A DNA stretch of 64,000 bases from Euprymna scolopes (lineage: Eukaryota), in assembly GCA_053919585.1 (NCBI GenBank), contig CM132790.1. One strand, given 5' to 3'. The notes beneath the pieces are model-generated. The model did not search any database and had not been told where the DNA came from. It worked only from the letters and a program-made list of their open reading frames with translations. Each line of letters opens with the position of its first letter. Position 1 is the stretch's first letter. The translations under genes and the position numbers were made by a program. This document shows, piece by piece, positions 26,340-39,675 of the stretch.

Positions 26340-29330
26340 CAGAAATGTTCTGTTTCTATGCTGTTCCTTGAAGCCATGTCACTAATAAGGGGGCTGGAGG
26401 TAAACGATCTACTGGGCTGACGTTATCCGCGTGATAACAAAGGAACACAAAACTTGTTAAACACTAAGGAGACCGTTCTATTAGCAGGTGTAAAGTACTG
26501 TCTTGCCGTTTTGGTGAATAGGTTCTAGACCATAAGGTAGCTTCTGGTGGCGCATATGGATGATATATTAGTGGACAGTTTTTACGGTTTTACCTCATCT
26601 TGTGCTACAAAAATATTTCTTCGCTTCTTTTTCTCATTTACTTTACCTTTGTGTCCTGCTTTAAAAAAAATCTGCCGACCTGTTCCGAAAATCTAAATAC
26701 TTCATCATAAAATGTCTCCAACCGATACAAGATTAAACCTAGACCACTACCGTCTACTGCTATGTCTCCATCTCCAACATCAGGGATCTGCTTTCAATAT
26801 TCTTGTGAATAAAACCCAATTACAGGAGACAAAACCAAACTTATAATTTCTAAGCGAAATTAGCATTGGAGCGATTGTTTCCCCGCATGAGTTTGTAATA
26901 AAAGGATACTCAAAATTAACATTAAAATCTGACCTCAAAAATCGCCATGTGTATGAACTATGTGCCCGCATTGAAGATGAATTTCCCTGTGGAATAGATA
27001 TCTCCAGAGAAAATCCTAAATTATGCTATATGTGATTCTGAGTTGCACTTGCTCACACAACTGCATTTATATTTGCCATCTATCTCCTCTACAATATCGG
27101 TGTTTTTATCTTGCAGAGCATATCTGAGAACATTTACCACATTCTATCTGCTCATATTTCAGCTAACCTTCGCATCTGTTGAGACTTCAACCTTCACAAT
27201 GTGGACTAGTTTGCCCAAATCAACAAGGCAGGTTGTGAGAGGAGGTTCTGACACGATTTCTCCATAGCTTAATACTTAACTCAGGTTATTCACGGACCCA
27301 TCCGTGCGCCCGACACCGACATCCAGTATGCAGGTCCTCTATACTTTTTTCTCACAACTTGCTCTGAACTATGTTCATCTTCCGTTCTGCCACTACTTAG
27401 ATCTCTCGACCACTAAGTTGCATCAGTTAAAAATAAAACGAAATGTAATAAGTCCTCAGATGTATAGTTTATCGATACTCTGTGGCTGGCTGGGATAGAT
27501 TTTGAACATTAATATTAGATCTTCCTCTAAGCTCTATATTTTAAAGAATGTGTCCTCTATAGTATAACACCTAACTGAATAGTTAATTGTAAGTATACAG
27601 CGTTTAATTCCCTTCAGGAAAATTCCCGCACAAACCTAACAGACATCCATGGTGCTCTTCAGAAGCCGCGTCTGTCATTGCACACAAATTTCACTTTTTC
27701 CATCACTTTCAACGTAGTAGTCGTACTAGTATCAAAACCGCTATCAGAAACTGCGGCAACCACTGTGAAATAGTAATAAATCACGCGAGGAGATTATATG
27801 CTAGGTTCTTTAATCTCAAAGTAGCTGAGCTGCGGGATGGTTCCCACCAGTTTTGGCAAATAATACAGTGTCCTGAACAGAAGAGTGCGCTCTATCTCAA
27901 CCATCACAAATGGGCCTGAGATAATCTCGTCAGCATCAGACAAATCCAAAATTTTTGCTAAGAATTTTGCAGTTAATTCTACCCAATGAAATCAAGGCTG
28001 CCAACAACCCGTGTATCTTCCTGTACTTTAAAACACACTTTGCGACATACAATTAACTGTGCCAAACTAATCAAATTCCTTGTTTCTAGTAAAGAAACTG
28101 GCCCAGAAATCGTACCAATTTATAGTGCTGACAAAATCTTAAACCAGAACTAGCTCACATACGCCCAAAGCTGTTTAAGCGTTGTCTTAAGGAGAATTGC
28201 GTCCAAACACCTTGGACAAACGCATCTAAAAATTTAAAATTTAGTCATTTTCTTCAAAATCCAGACTAATTAGTATATTGTGCATAACGAGTAAGTTCCC
28301 AGAATATGTATTAAATAGAGAAGTAGTCAATTACCTCAGCAAAAATAACCTCCTTAGTTACATGCAATATAGTTAAGGTTCTGTTAGATTAACAGCAGAT
28401 GTGATAACGGTTATATCTTATATTATTAGTCAATCTCTCGACAAAAAGCTTCCTTTGTATTGCAATTTCTCTTGACTTTCAAAAGCTTTTGATAAGGTAT
28501 GGCATAAAGATCTACTCCACAATACTACTAGCTTCGGTATAGCTCAAATTGTTTTCTCAATTACTGAATCATTTTTTATTTAAAAGTGTCGTAAGGGTAG
28601 TGGTTGATGAGCAGAAATCAGGAGCTTATAGTATTACTGCTGTACTCAACGAAAAGTCCATCCTGAGCTCAACTCTCTCCCTGATCTGCATAGATGATTC
28701 TCAAATCACAACCACAGATCATTCGTAGACATTTATGCTGACGAAACTACTATCTATGGCAACACTTCAAAGGCCGTAAATGACCACGTCTTTTCTGCTT
28801 CTGTCTACTATGATCGTAGTAGAATGTGGAAATGTGGCTGATTGATATTAAAGCATCTAAAACCAAACTTCTATATTTACATCATCATCGCCCTGGTCCC
28901 TGTTTGGCATCAAGTGAAATGAATGACTCGTGTCTTATAAAGGCTCTTTTTGTCCGAAATTTACTCCTGATCTGAGATTGAACACGTACATCAAATCCGT
29001 TGCCAAGTTCGCTAGAAGATATCTCACTGTTTATGTATTCTCTACATTAATAAGAAACAAGTACGTCCAAGGTTGGAGTATTATTTCCATATCTGAGCGG
29101 AACTACTATCATATCATATCCTCCATTAGCAAAGTTCAGTATAGACTGTGGAAATATCTTCTGTATCATCTGCTTTCCAGCTGACTACAATATGTTTTTT
29201 ATAAGTGTAATGGGCGGTCCCTAAAGTAATCCAATTTACCAAATCTCCACTTCTACTTAAAATATGTTTCCATTAAGTGAGTACACTGTGCACTCATTTA
29301 CCCTGATCCTGTAATAGCTTCTGTGTAAAC
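26340..29330 (+). mobile_element. Near full-length decayed CR1/L2-group LINE (AP endonuclease and RT)
   Basis: APE relics DFNLHN (~27183) and SLDH (~27403); ITNGPEIISSASDK; KAFDKVWHK (~28482); YADET (~28734). Many stops and frameshifts; the 5' boundary is approximate. Confidence 0.88.
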
Positions 29331-29558
29331 AGAAATATACAGATACACCCACACGCATGCATTCTCAACATACATACATTTACCTTCAGACCTACACGTT
29401 CTCTCTCACGCCAGCATATGATTAAAATGACAGAAATTCCTAACGTCCTTAATCAAGAGGTGGTAATAGCCATCCACGCACGAGTGGAATTTGATGGCGA
29501 CACCTATTGAAATACACACATGTCTCACACTTATTACATCAGATTGATCCAATTCAAA

Positions 29559-29790
29559 GCAGTTAAGCTACACAGAATATTCCGCGTGTCATTCACTCTA
29601 GGATTAAGCCTGACGAATCCTAGCGTGGATGAAATGCAGAATATTCTGGGTAGCTGAACTGCCATATATTTTTTAATACTCACTACCTATTTCTACCTAT
29701 ATATTGAGCACTGTTGAAGTAAATACTTAAAGTTTACGCATAAAATTATACTTTCGTATATACATTTATGTGATTAAATGAAATATTCAT
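29559..29790 (+). mobile_element. Solo Penelope-like pseudo-LTR with an inverted partial copy
   Basis: 29605-29790 is clearly homologous to 59564-59750, which lies 3' of a GIY-YIG ORF. 29559-29605 is the reverse complement of 29616-29662 (47 nt, 7 mismatches). Confidence 0.8.
29605..29657 (+). ncRNA. Type I hammerhead ribozyme (same family as 59564)
   Basis: TAAGC-CTGACGA-ATCC(tagcgt)GGAT-GAAA-TGCAGAATATTCTGGG-TA-GCTGA. Confidence 0.82.
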
Positions 29791-29874
29791 TATATATATA
29801 CATGTGTGCATACATATGTACATATACATATATATATATGCACATACCCACAGACACATACATGTCCATGTATG

Positions 29875-29928
<54 letters not shown>

Positions 29929-30592
29929 CATAAATGGCTAGAATTATGTCGAGTATAAGATGACATCGTAGTAAACATTTTACTAAACGGGAATATTTGA
30001 AAAGCAAATTCGTTGTTTTCTGTCTGATATCGCAACAACTGAACTACTTGTCTATATTTAATGAATTTCAACAAACAGTCATTTCTGATGGCTAGATACA
30101 TTTTATTATACAAGTGGGCATTCAAAAATATAGTTAGCGATTCTACAAACCTTGCATTACGATTACATTTGCTCACACCCTTTAAAAGATGCATATTGTC
30201 TCATAAGATCAAACGGGGTCTTCATACACAAGTACTCTTATATTTGAGGTACATAATCTTATCTGTTTCGAGTTTGTGACGATACAGACATGAATCGTTT
30301 TTCCTTATTTTATAACGATAATATGGATAGATCTTTTACAGAAATTGATAAAATGATTTGAAAAATAGAAACAGAATAGGCAGCTAGACAAACTGAAAGC
30401 TATTACTTATACGATACACTAAACTTCTTCAGTCATATTTTATTAGATGTAACGGTTTAGAAAATTATTTTGTCACTTCAAGCGTTTGTGATGTAAACAT
30501 ATTTTTAAAATAACAAATCGAAATAAAAATTGAACATGCTATGTCGATGCTGTTAATCTTACAATTTTCCAAGTGAACGATGCAGAAACGTA

Positions 30593-30674
30593 TTAGGTTG
30601 GTGAAAAAATAATGTTTCATTTTTGGATGGAGTTGAACGCAAAAAAAAACGACATTATTTTTGCATGAGCCTAA
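30593..30674. mobile_element. ~82-bp mariner-derived MITE
   Basis: TA|TTAGGTTGGTGAAAAAATAATG...CATTATTTTTGCATGAGCCTAA|TA. Two inverted copies of the TIR seen at 20725, with TA duplication. Confidence 0.85.
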
Positions 30675-30741
30675 TATGTTTTAAATAAATTCTCAATACA
30701 TTTTTACTTTCCGGGTAAAATATTTGCAAAAAATCCCGAAC

Positions 30742-32070
30742 CGTAGGAAGGGGGATAACAGGACAACTGAGAGAATTGGGACACAATTTACAGCATTCTG
30801 TTTTTTTGTCATTTTATCATTTTGGCAATATTCCTACAATTCTGTTCTGAAAAGTGTCATTCCTTGTTAAAAATAAGTAAATAAAATCCTAGAGAAAAAC
30901 ATGAAATTTCCAGAAAATCATTTTTCCAGCGCATGCCAAAACGTTTTCGTAAGTACCCTAGTTTAGCGAAGTGATTTAGGAGAACACTTCAATCACACAG
31001 TACACATTGAGGTTGTATATAAGTTTTCTGTTTGATTATTCTCGTGTCTTCTTACTGGTTTAGCTGTTTTCCGTTTGTCTAGTCAAGCACCAGAAGATTA
31101 TGTTTAAGGAGATAAACTGCCCATTTCTTTTTGCAGAAAATTTCGGAAATCTGCATGATTTATAAAGAATTAGCCATTCTTCAAAACTTATGCAGGAAGT
31201 ACCTCTTCCCTATCTGGCTTAAACTCAGTTCAAGGATAGAATGCCCTTAACAGCAGGTGTGTTGTGGTTCTAAAATTATATTTGAGGGGTCATTTGCAAG
31301 TGCTTAACCATCTCTTTTCAATCCAGTATTAATGGTTACAATTTGAAGTGGAGTAAGGCGAAAAGTATAATGTCGTTTTTTTACGTTTGTTTTTATTTTC
31401 AGATGCCTAGACTATCAAAATAAAAGTAATTCCTTCCAAAAAGAGAAAATCCAGTGCTATTTTGAGAAGAGGATATGGCCGGACAAAAACCGCAGTTGAA
31501 GTTGGAATGTCTCTTCGCAAGGAAGCTGGTAAGTATGCTGTAACAATGTCAACTTTGGAAGGAGCCTTGCCTGGGAAACAGCGTAAACAGATTGGAGGGC
31601 AAACAGTCTTTACTAAGTTCAAAGAAAATACCTTCTGTAAATATGTTACAGCAACCGGAGATTGGGGGGGGGCTTCAGCCATCTAAACTTGCGGTTTGTT
31701 AAATCATACTTGGACGGTACTGGTAGAAACGTGACTCGGTTTAAAGACAATGTAACAGGAGAGGAATTGACTGCTAGCTTTGTTCGCTGACACAAGGATA
31801 AAATTACAAGACGTACTTACCAACACATCAAATAATCTAAGGCAGGAGTAACGAAATAGGAATTTGTCAAGTACTTTCAGAATCTCAAAGATGCTTGCTG
31901 GGATTTCTCCCTGAAACATCCGAAATTATGATGAAACAAAACTCTCAGATGACCCGGGAACGAGAAAATTGATTTTTAAGAGCGGTATTAAATATCCGGG
32001 CCCATTCTTAATTATACGAAAGGGGCAACAAACATTATGTTTACTGGTACAGCCGCAGAAGAACTGAAGG
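30742..32070 (+). mobile_element. Decayed pogo/Tigger-like (HTH plus DDE_1) transposon, 5' part
   Basis: ORF 31462-31686 (GMSLRKEAGKYAVTMSTL...GGQTVFT..E) is HTH-psq-like. Downstream IRNYDETKLSDDPG.RKLIFK and IMFTGTAA match the DDE_1 first-Asp region. The left end has a repeated GGACA motif. Confidence 0.75.
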
Positions 32071-34359
32071 TAAGTAATATTTCTAAATATATATATTTTT
32101 AATATTTACATTTAAGAGATTCTTATATTGAAATTCAGGTATATATAAATATGTATATATCTTTATGATACAGACATATCTTTTTAACTAATGAACAGAT
32201 CATTCTTTGGTTTAAAATCACAACTGCTCTTTATATAAGTGTTTATTTAAGATGAGCAATTTAATTAAATTTACTGTTATATAAAGGGGAGAAAGTGGAG
32301 TCTGAAGTAGTCGTAAACATTTACATAACTCCGAATTTTGTGAAAATTATAACAGCTGTTGTTAAACATAAAATGATACCTACCAAATATATAGTTTTAC
32401 TGAGTAATAAATTCGTAGTCCCGCATTTCCAATTTTGATAAATAAACAATTATTTTTTTTAGCTAAATTATTATACAAAGTAAAGTTTCATAAATCGGTT
32501 ATTAGTATTGTTCGGCAACGTGGTTTCAATCTTAAATGTATTTACTTGTTACATAGCTATTTACAATAATATTGTCGATTTAAAATAAGTATTTTCATGT
32601 GAATATGCACGTGTTAACTTATTATATGTATTTGTAAGTATGTCGATGCGAACCCGTTTGATTTCAAAGCATGAAAACCGAACCATATGTGAAAAGTGAA
32701 AATTGTATTTTAATGCATCTATTACATTTGAATTTATGAAGGTAGTCAGTATATTGCCGGTACGGTCTATCGCGCGTTTTACACTCTTGTTGCACTATAT
32801 TCACATGAAATAATGATTGTGAGTGCGCTTTGTAAGACAACTTTTACGGCTGAGACCTGTCTCTTGTAGTGTAATGTTGAGTATTGGTAATACCCCAATG
32901 CACACAAAGTGATTTTAGAGAAGAGATCTATAGAGAATTCACCATCTTCTAATAATAAAAAAAAACACACATTTCTTTTGACTATAGCAAGTTATGGGAA
33001 GCATAAATGTAATTCTTTCGAGTACTTGAATGAGCATTTACATAATTCGATATCGCTTGTCGGCGAAAACCGTTATTAATATGTGGGTTCGTACTCGGGC
33101 ATTTCATAAGTCGTCGACTTATTTAAAATAGTTATTTAAAGGCGGGAATGCAATGTTATCACATTGAACTACAGGGAAATGTTAAACGAATGCTAAAAAT
33201 GGTTTATGATGTTGCAATTTATTATGCCCAGCCCGATCATATAAATAACACGGAAGTAGTAATAAATACAATTATGTCTACTCTATCTAAGTGAAAGTAA
33301 TTCTACAATGGAGAGTGATGCTATACTTGTTTCGTATGTGCAGTTACTCGGTGCATTTCTGATATGACATATGTGGTGTCTTGGCTTTATTCTGATTACG
33401 AAGTTAAATAACGAATTATACGATATAAGTACAATTTAAAAAGAAATCATAACTGCTTCCATGTAATAAACACTTATACATTCAGTAAAGAATATGGGGT
33501 TTTAGCTTTGTGAGTTCTTTTATCCAAAGCCATTTTATTTATATGTACAATAAAAACTAAAAAATTGCAGGTTTTGTTTTGCCCATACAAACACTTTAGT
33601 CTTTTTCACCTTTAAAACTCAAACATTATTGTCACAAGTTTACGCTCATGTATATTAAAATGCAATAAAATATATTAAGCCAATGTTACTTAAACTGATC
33701 GGAGTTGTACAAGAACAATGTTACACCTTCAGTACATACATCAAAATGTTTCTGAATAAATAAAACCACACTATCTATTTAGACGGACCTCAATAGTAGC
33801 AATATAATGCATCAGTGTAATTATTCTTCATATTACCTTTTTCCTTCATTAATGTCCTAGATCAAAGAATAAATTTCTAAGAATGTCAACAGTACATCTG
33901 TAACAAAGCTGCGTTCATCGACGCATGTGGACGGCTGTTGTGCTTATTTGTTTTCATTTATATCAATCCGTCTTAATAGAAGTCATTAGAGATTTTGTAA
34001 GTGGAAAGCACAAAAAAATTCAAAGTTAGAAAGAATGACAAGAAACAATTAATTCTTGAGAAAATTACAGACTGTCTCACATTGTGATCTTATATATTTT
34101 TCGAATACTTTCTTTGTTTCCTTACATACTTCTTTCTGTCAGGATTTTAAATTAACAATATAGTCGTCGCGTAAAACTCGGTTATATTTTACTTTTTCCC
34201 CATATCTATTGTCTAAAATATAAATATGACAACCTATAAAACATATATATATATATATATAAATGATATAAATAAACTCTATTTTTGTACTAATTAGATG
34301 TCAAGCAATTAATTAAATGTGATTATTCAGACAGTATATGTAAATATGCATACATATGA

Positions 34360-34395
<36 letters not shown>

Positions 34396-34511
34396 GAATA
34401 TATATATATATGTATATACCCAGTGATAGGAACTGAAGTAAAGTGTGAGTACTATACAATCAATACCATACAGATATTAACAGACACACACACACAGAAA
34501 CAAATCCACAT

Positions 34512-34548
<37 letters not shown>

Positions 34549-35106
34549 TTTGTGTACGTTCTGATTGGTTGAATAAAGATCTAATATTTCTCGATCATTT
34601 GATCGTTTTGTACGTGTGTTGTGTGTATTAATAGATTTTACAGACGTTTTGATTGCATAGTCAGCTGGTATCAGGAACAATACGAGCCTGTTAAAATATG
34701 TCATTTATTCAATTTGTAAATATCCGACATTTCCTCGATTTGTTGATTAAGGAAATCACCCAGAGGCGTTTAATCTTTTTAAGCCTGTTTGCTAAAATAT
34801 TGGCACTNNNNNNNNNNNNNNNNNNNNNNNNNNNNNNNNNNNNNNNNNNNNNNNNNNNNNNNNNNNNNNNNNNNNNNNNNNNNNNNNNNNNNNNNNNNNN
34901 NNNNNNNNNNNNNNNNNNNNNNNNNNNNNNNNNNNNNNNNNNNNNNNNNNNNNNNNNNNNNNNNNNNNNNNNNNNNNNNNNNNNNAAGACACATTCCTTA
35001 GAATTCATTTTATATTAAAAAAAAGAAGACCGAAGAGAAAAGGAAAATGGATAGCGACTAAAAAATTAAAGTAGGGAAATAGAGGAAAAAAAAATCAAAA
35101 CGGGTG

Positions 35107-35139
35107 AATTGACATGTTTCGCCCTCACTCATCAAAATT
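35107..35139 (-). ncRNA. Degenerate minimal type I hammerhead 3' of a Penelope ORF
   Basis: Minus strand AATT-TTGATGA-GT(gagg)GC-GAAA-CATG-TC-AATT. C3 is U, stem II is very short, stem III is the CATG palindrome and the cleavage triplet is GUC. Confidence 0.65.
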
Positions 35140-35232
35140 GGAATCGAGCGATTTATTTTCTAGTAATTTGTTTTCTTAATGATTAAATCTAAAAAGGAGA
35201 CAGGAGCAAGAACAATCGTATGGGGATGAATT

Positions 35233-35652
35233 TTAGAAACTGATCACGTTCAAACCCAACAAGCAGTCCTTTTGCTTACAAAAGGAAGGCTTCTTAAGGC
35301 GAACGTGAACAGTCTCCAAGACTTTTAGATGATATACGAAGTGAGCTCGACTCAATATAGAGAAAGAGTCGATGCTGAAGTTCGTTGCACAATCCCGGTA
35401 TTTAATAAAGTGTTCCGTTATAGCGGATCCATATATGTTGTTTACAGCGTCGGTAGGTAGGAATGTTCCATTCCTGATTTTGCTCGGTACCTGTTGCTGT
35501 ATGCGACTTTCCAATTTTAAAGAGCTTCGACCTACGTAATCGGCGCCGCAACCCCACTTTAATGAATAAATGACATTACTAATATGATTAGGCGGTAGAA
35601 CATCTTTAATTGAAATTAAAGTGAGAAAGTAGGTGAAAAACTCACCAAACAA
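35233..35652 (-). mobile_element. Penelope-like element, GIY-YIG endonuclease fragment
   Basis: KDVLP..SNVIYSLKWGCGADYVGRSS..LESRIQQ...SAITEH...FSILSRA...LETVHVRLKKPSFCKQ shows the VIY/YVG motifs and the C-terminal pattern of Penelope endonucleases. Confidence 0.88.
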
Positions 35653-35747
35653 ATTAGTTCAACCGTTGAAGGATGTTATTTTACTTCAAATGTTCGTGTT
35701 GTGTATAATACAAAACCATTAATGGCTATTACTACTACTACTGCTAA

Positions 35748-35801
<54 letters not shown>

Positions 35802-36828
35802 GGAAAAGAAGAAGAAGAAGAAGAATTGTAATTAAAAATTAACTATGTAAATAAGGCACCATACTTAGTATGGAAACACAATTAAATTACACAAAAACAT
35901 AAATTTGATAAAAAATATTGTTTATTCCATTGTCTAAAAACTGCGATTAATTGATTAATAACATTATATTTTGTTATTTTTGTTGATTTCCAAACATATT
36001 ATTTTCATTTATTTAACGAAGATTGCCTGAGAGTCAAAGGGCAGTATTGATGTTTTGGGGAAATTTTCAGGAACGAAAGTTGTATAAAGATGTAGGAGTA
36101 ATAGTTGTTAATTGAATGTGACATTTCAATTATTATTATCATAATAGTTTCACTTGTTAAAAACAGTGGTCTTATATTTTATTTTTCGAGGAAAATTGTT
36201 TTACAAAAAACGTAGGTATAAGATGTGCGGTGTTAAATGATCTGTCGAATATAATTTCTCATTGGAGATATGTATCGATGTATAATATAGTGTATGTATT
36301 TTTACTCTAATGTCATGTTTGGTTGAAACGATTGCCATGTTATATTTCGATAAAGATTGTGTAATATATTACACTTCACGTTACTGTTTCTTTTACGTTT
36401 TGGGTCATCCATTTTATCTTTTAATTATTTAGAGAACATGTTAACAATATGTGGTTTATATTTATTTGTTATGGATACGTTTTGCGTTAGATGGTCAATT
36501 AACAATTTTTTTGTAATTCCTATTTTCTAGGGAATAGATATTCACTACTGTAATTTAAATCACTTGAGCTAAGCTTGTGTGTTTTTTATAGGCTGAACGG
36601 TTTAACATTCCATCAGAGATCAGGAAATGGGATTAAGGGTTAATTCTACGATGACTTTTTTCAAAGAATAACTTTGAAAAAATAATGTTGGTGGATTTTG
36701 TCCTGTATTGTAAATTGAAAAAATATTAGCGAAATAGTGTATGCAAATGAAAATGGAGAGTCATCTGTGTTAAGTAATCTCTCTGCTAAGCTTTCTAATT
36801 TCCACGAAAACGTATGTGCATGTAATGT

Positions 36829-36869
<41 letters not shown>

Positions 36870-36871
<2 letters not shown>

Positions 36872-37073
36872 GTGTGTGTGTGTATTATGTATATTAAGTA
36901 TGTGTATTATGTATATTAAGTATATATTATATTTATATATGAATAAAAATAAAAGAAATATATATATACATAATATATATATGTGTGTATTATGTATATT
37001 AAGTATGTGTATTATATATATTAAGTATATATTATATTTATATATGAATAAAAAATAAAAGAAATATATATAC

Positions 37074-37080
<7 letters not shown>
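36870..37080. repeat. Tandem duplication of ~105 bp of low-complexity sequence
   Basis: gtgtgtattatgtatattaagtatgtgtattat.tatattaagtatatattatatttatatatgaataaaaa.taaaagaaatatata occurs twice in tandem. Confidence 0.9.
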
Positions 37081-37131
<51 letters not shown>

Positions 37132-37669
37132 AAACTTCTATGTTTGGAATTTTAAATAAATAAGATAGTAAATATATAAAGTACTGATCATAGTATAAGG
37201 TTATATGTAATGAAATGGAGTAATGATAATCGTATGAATACGCCACTGGTAAATAAAAATATATCCATTTTGAATTTGAAAGCAGACGAATCTAAATGTA
37301 AGGAAAACATGTTTTATAACATAAATAGGCTAGCCTAATTAATCAAGAGTAGGAAACTAGATTCATTATCTGTACCATTTTTTTTTTTGTTTTTGTGAAT
37401 TATGGAGATGGTGTTTGATCAATACGGCTGGGGAGCCATGAGTTCATATACTGTTTTGTTGTTAAATCCTCGAAGCAATGTTTCAAGGTAAATACTGATG
37501 ATCACTTAAATTAACATAAAGACTATAGTGAATTTAAGAGAGCAAGTTTATGCATTTACTGCAAGTGATTAAATGACTTCTTGATTAAATAGTTTTCTAA
37601 CGAATGAGAAAAAATATGAAAATTAAATTAGCTTTTTCATATAGTTTTAAAGGTTAACATCTTCAAAGA

Positions 37670-37708
<39 letters not shown>

Positions 37709-38379
37709 GCGAGAGAGAGAGAGAGAAGGAGAGAGAGAAAGGAGAGAGAGAGTGATAGGGATATATAGATAAAATATCGTTCTATATCTTAATTTACGAA
37801 TGTAAGCAGTTTTTATGGAGAAAAATATTTTTAAAAGATGGAATTAATTACTCGAAAAATGAAAGATACACTCATTATATTTTTACTCTCTTGATACAAA
37901 GAAGAAACAAGTAATGAGTTTCCTAAAAAAATAAAGTGTATACGGAATATTAATTTCCCCAGCATTCGTAGTCATATGTATGCTCCGGCCAGGAGAAATA
38001 AGAACGTTAAGTTTACCGTTCTGATACGGACGTGTCGACGTTCATTAGCATAGGGCACATTAATGGTGATCTATCTGATAGTTATCAGTCTCACAAGTGA
38101 TTATCGTCGGTGCTCTAACATGAATAGGTTTCATAGGGTGATTGTGTATTAGTCAAAAGCATTGAATAGGAACACTCTAACCGGCAACAACTTGGAAGGA
38201 ATGATATCACTGCGGTAGACTAGATGAAATTATGATTCATTTCTTGGTATATTGGAACGATTTAGTTTTCTATTTAAGACCAGTCTTTTGTTTAAGTAAT
38301 ATTATATTAAAGGCTAAACCGATGGTAATTGATTTTATATAATCAATTGATATCAAGTTCACATAAATAATTTACAACA

Positions 38380-38450
38380 GATGGGTCTAGATTTGAACCT
38401 GTAATCGTTAAGTTCATATACCAATGCGATCACTGTGCACTATGCTAAAG
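38380..38450 (-). mobile_element. Possible tRNA-derived SINE head
   Basis: Minus strand has a degenerate A box (TAGTGCACAGTG) and a B box (GGTTCAAATC) at tRNA-like spacing. Confidence 0.35.
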
Positions 38451-39577
38451 ATACAAACGATTTTAGTAAAATAACTTGCTTAATACCGGGACGTGATAAG
38501 AGATGTGACATTCATATCGCAGACAGGACATACACCCAATCAGAAAAGTGAGAGAGAGAGAAAGAGAAAGAGAGGGAGACAGAGAGAAAGAGAACGAGAG
38601 GGAGAGAGAGACAAAAAGAGAGGGATCGCCTGTGTTTATGAAAACTTGCAAATAATGGTAGATAAACGGAGACGCATAATCGCGCGCCAGGAGCAATTTA
38701 GTGAAATTTTTCAATCAAAGTCGCAATCAACTCCAACGCCGTTGAGAAGGCTCAACTGCCAACCTCCGCCGTCATCGATTATTCCATTCTCGAGTCGACT
38801 AATTTCCCCCCTTTCATTCAGATTTACGCATTGTAAAGTTCGTCGCTTTTTCATATTTGCGCCCGTTTCCAGATTTTATATCATTATATTTGCTGGAAAT
38901 TATCCAGCGGGTTGATTGGACAACCGATACACGGGCTGAACGAGCCAAATCACTTGCTGCAAACACGTAGTGTAAACTTGTATAATTTGGTAGAAATGGC
39001 TACAAATTCGCGGGTGGAAATTTTATGGACGTGTGTCCTCACGTGTTGAGTTGCATCGCAAGATTATTTCTCATAAAAATTACAATTATAACTAAAATTT
39101 ATCACGTACTGCAACTATATACTATTGCTTATAAAATTGGTAATATTATTATTACAGTTTTTTTTACTCTCGTCTTGAGAAAGTTACATTATTAATGAGA
39201 TAAAATTGCGCTGTTTCTCAATAATGGTTCGAGGGAAACGAAAGAGTAGGTAAATGTGTAAACAAAATATAGTGAACAGATATTCAAGTACAACCAAAAC
39301 AATGTGGAAATACATCAGTGCTACTACTATGGATGAGAGATTTGTGTATTATCTATGTGCTAACACTGAGAGGCGTATTATATCGGTGAGAGTCGAAATG
39401 TAAGTTGAAGAATTCATTATGATCCATAGGGGCCACAACAGAGAAAAAAATTAAATCGTATCTCTAGTTAATCCGCTTGTAAAACCTTTGGAGAAGGCTA
39501 CCGTTTCAGACATATTATGTTTTCTAATAGAGCAATATTTTGTATAAAGATCAGATGCGACCTTAACATTCAATGCT

Positions 39578-39675
39578 AAATCTAAATACAAATTCCATGA
39601 ACAAAGCTTCTTTTCTAGATCTGCTCACTTATAGAACACTGTTGTGGTGGCCTACTTTCCAGCTTATTACACTGG
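39578..39675 (+). mobile_element. Short CR1 3' fragment
   Basis: aaatctaaatacaaattccatgaacaaagcttcttttctagatctgc matches 3130-3220 and other copies. Confidence 0.75.

Noticed and set aside
36737-37246. Long YIYIYI, THTH and RERE ORFs here and elsewhere
   Set aside because: Translations of microsatellites and low-complexity DNA.
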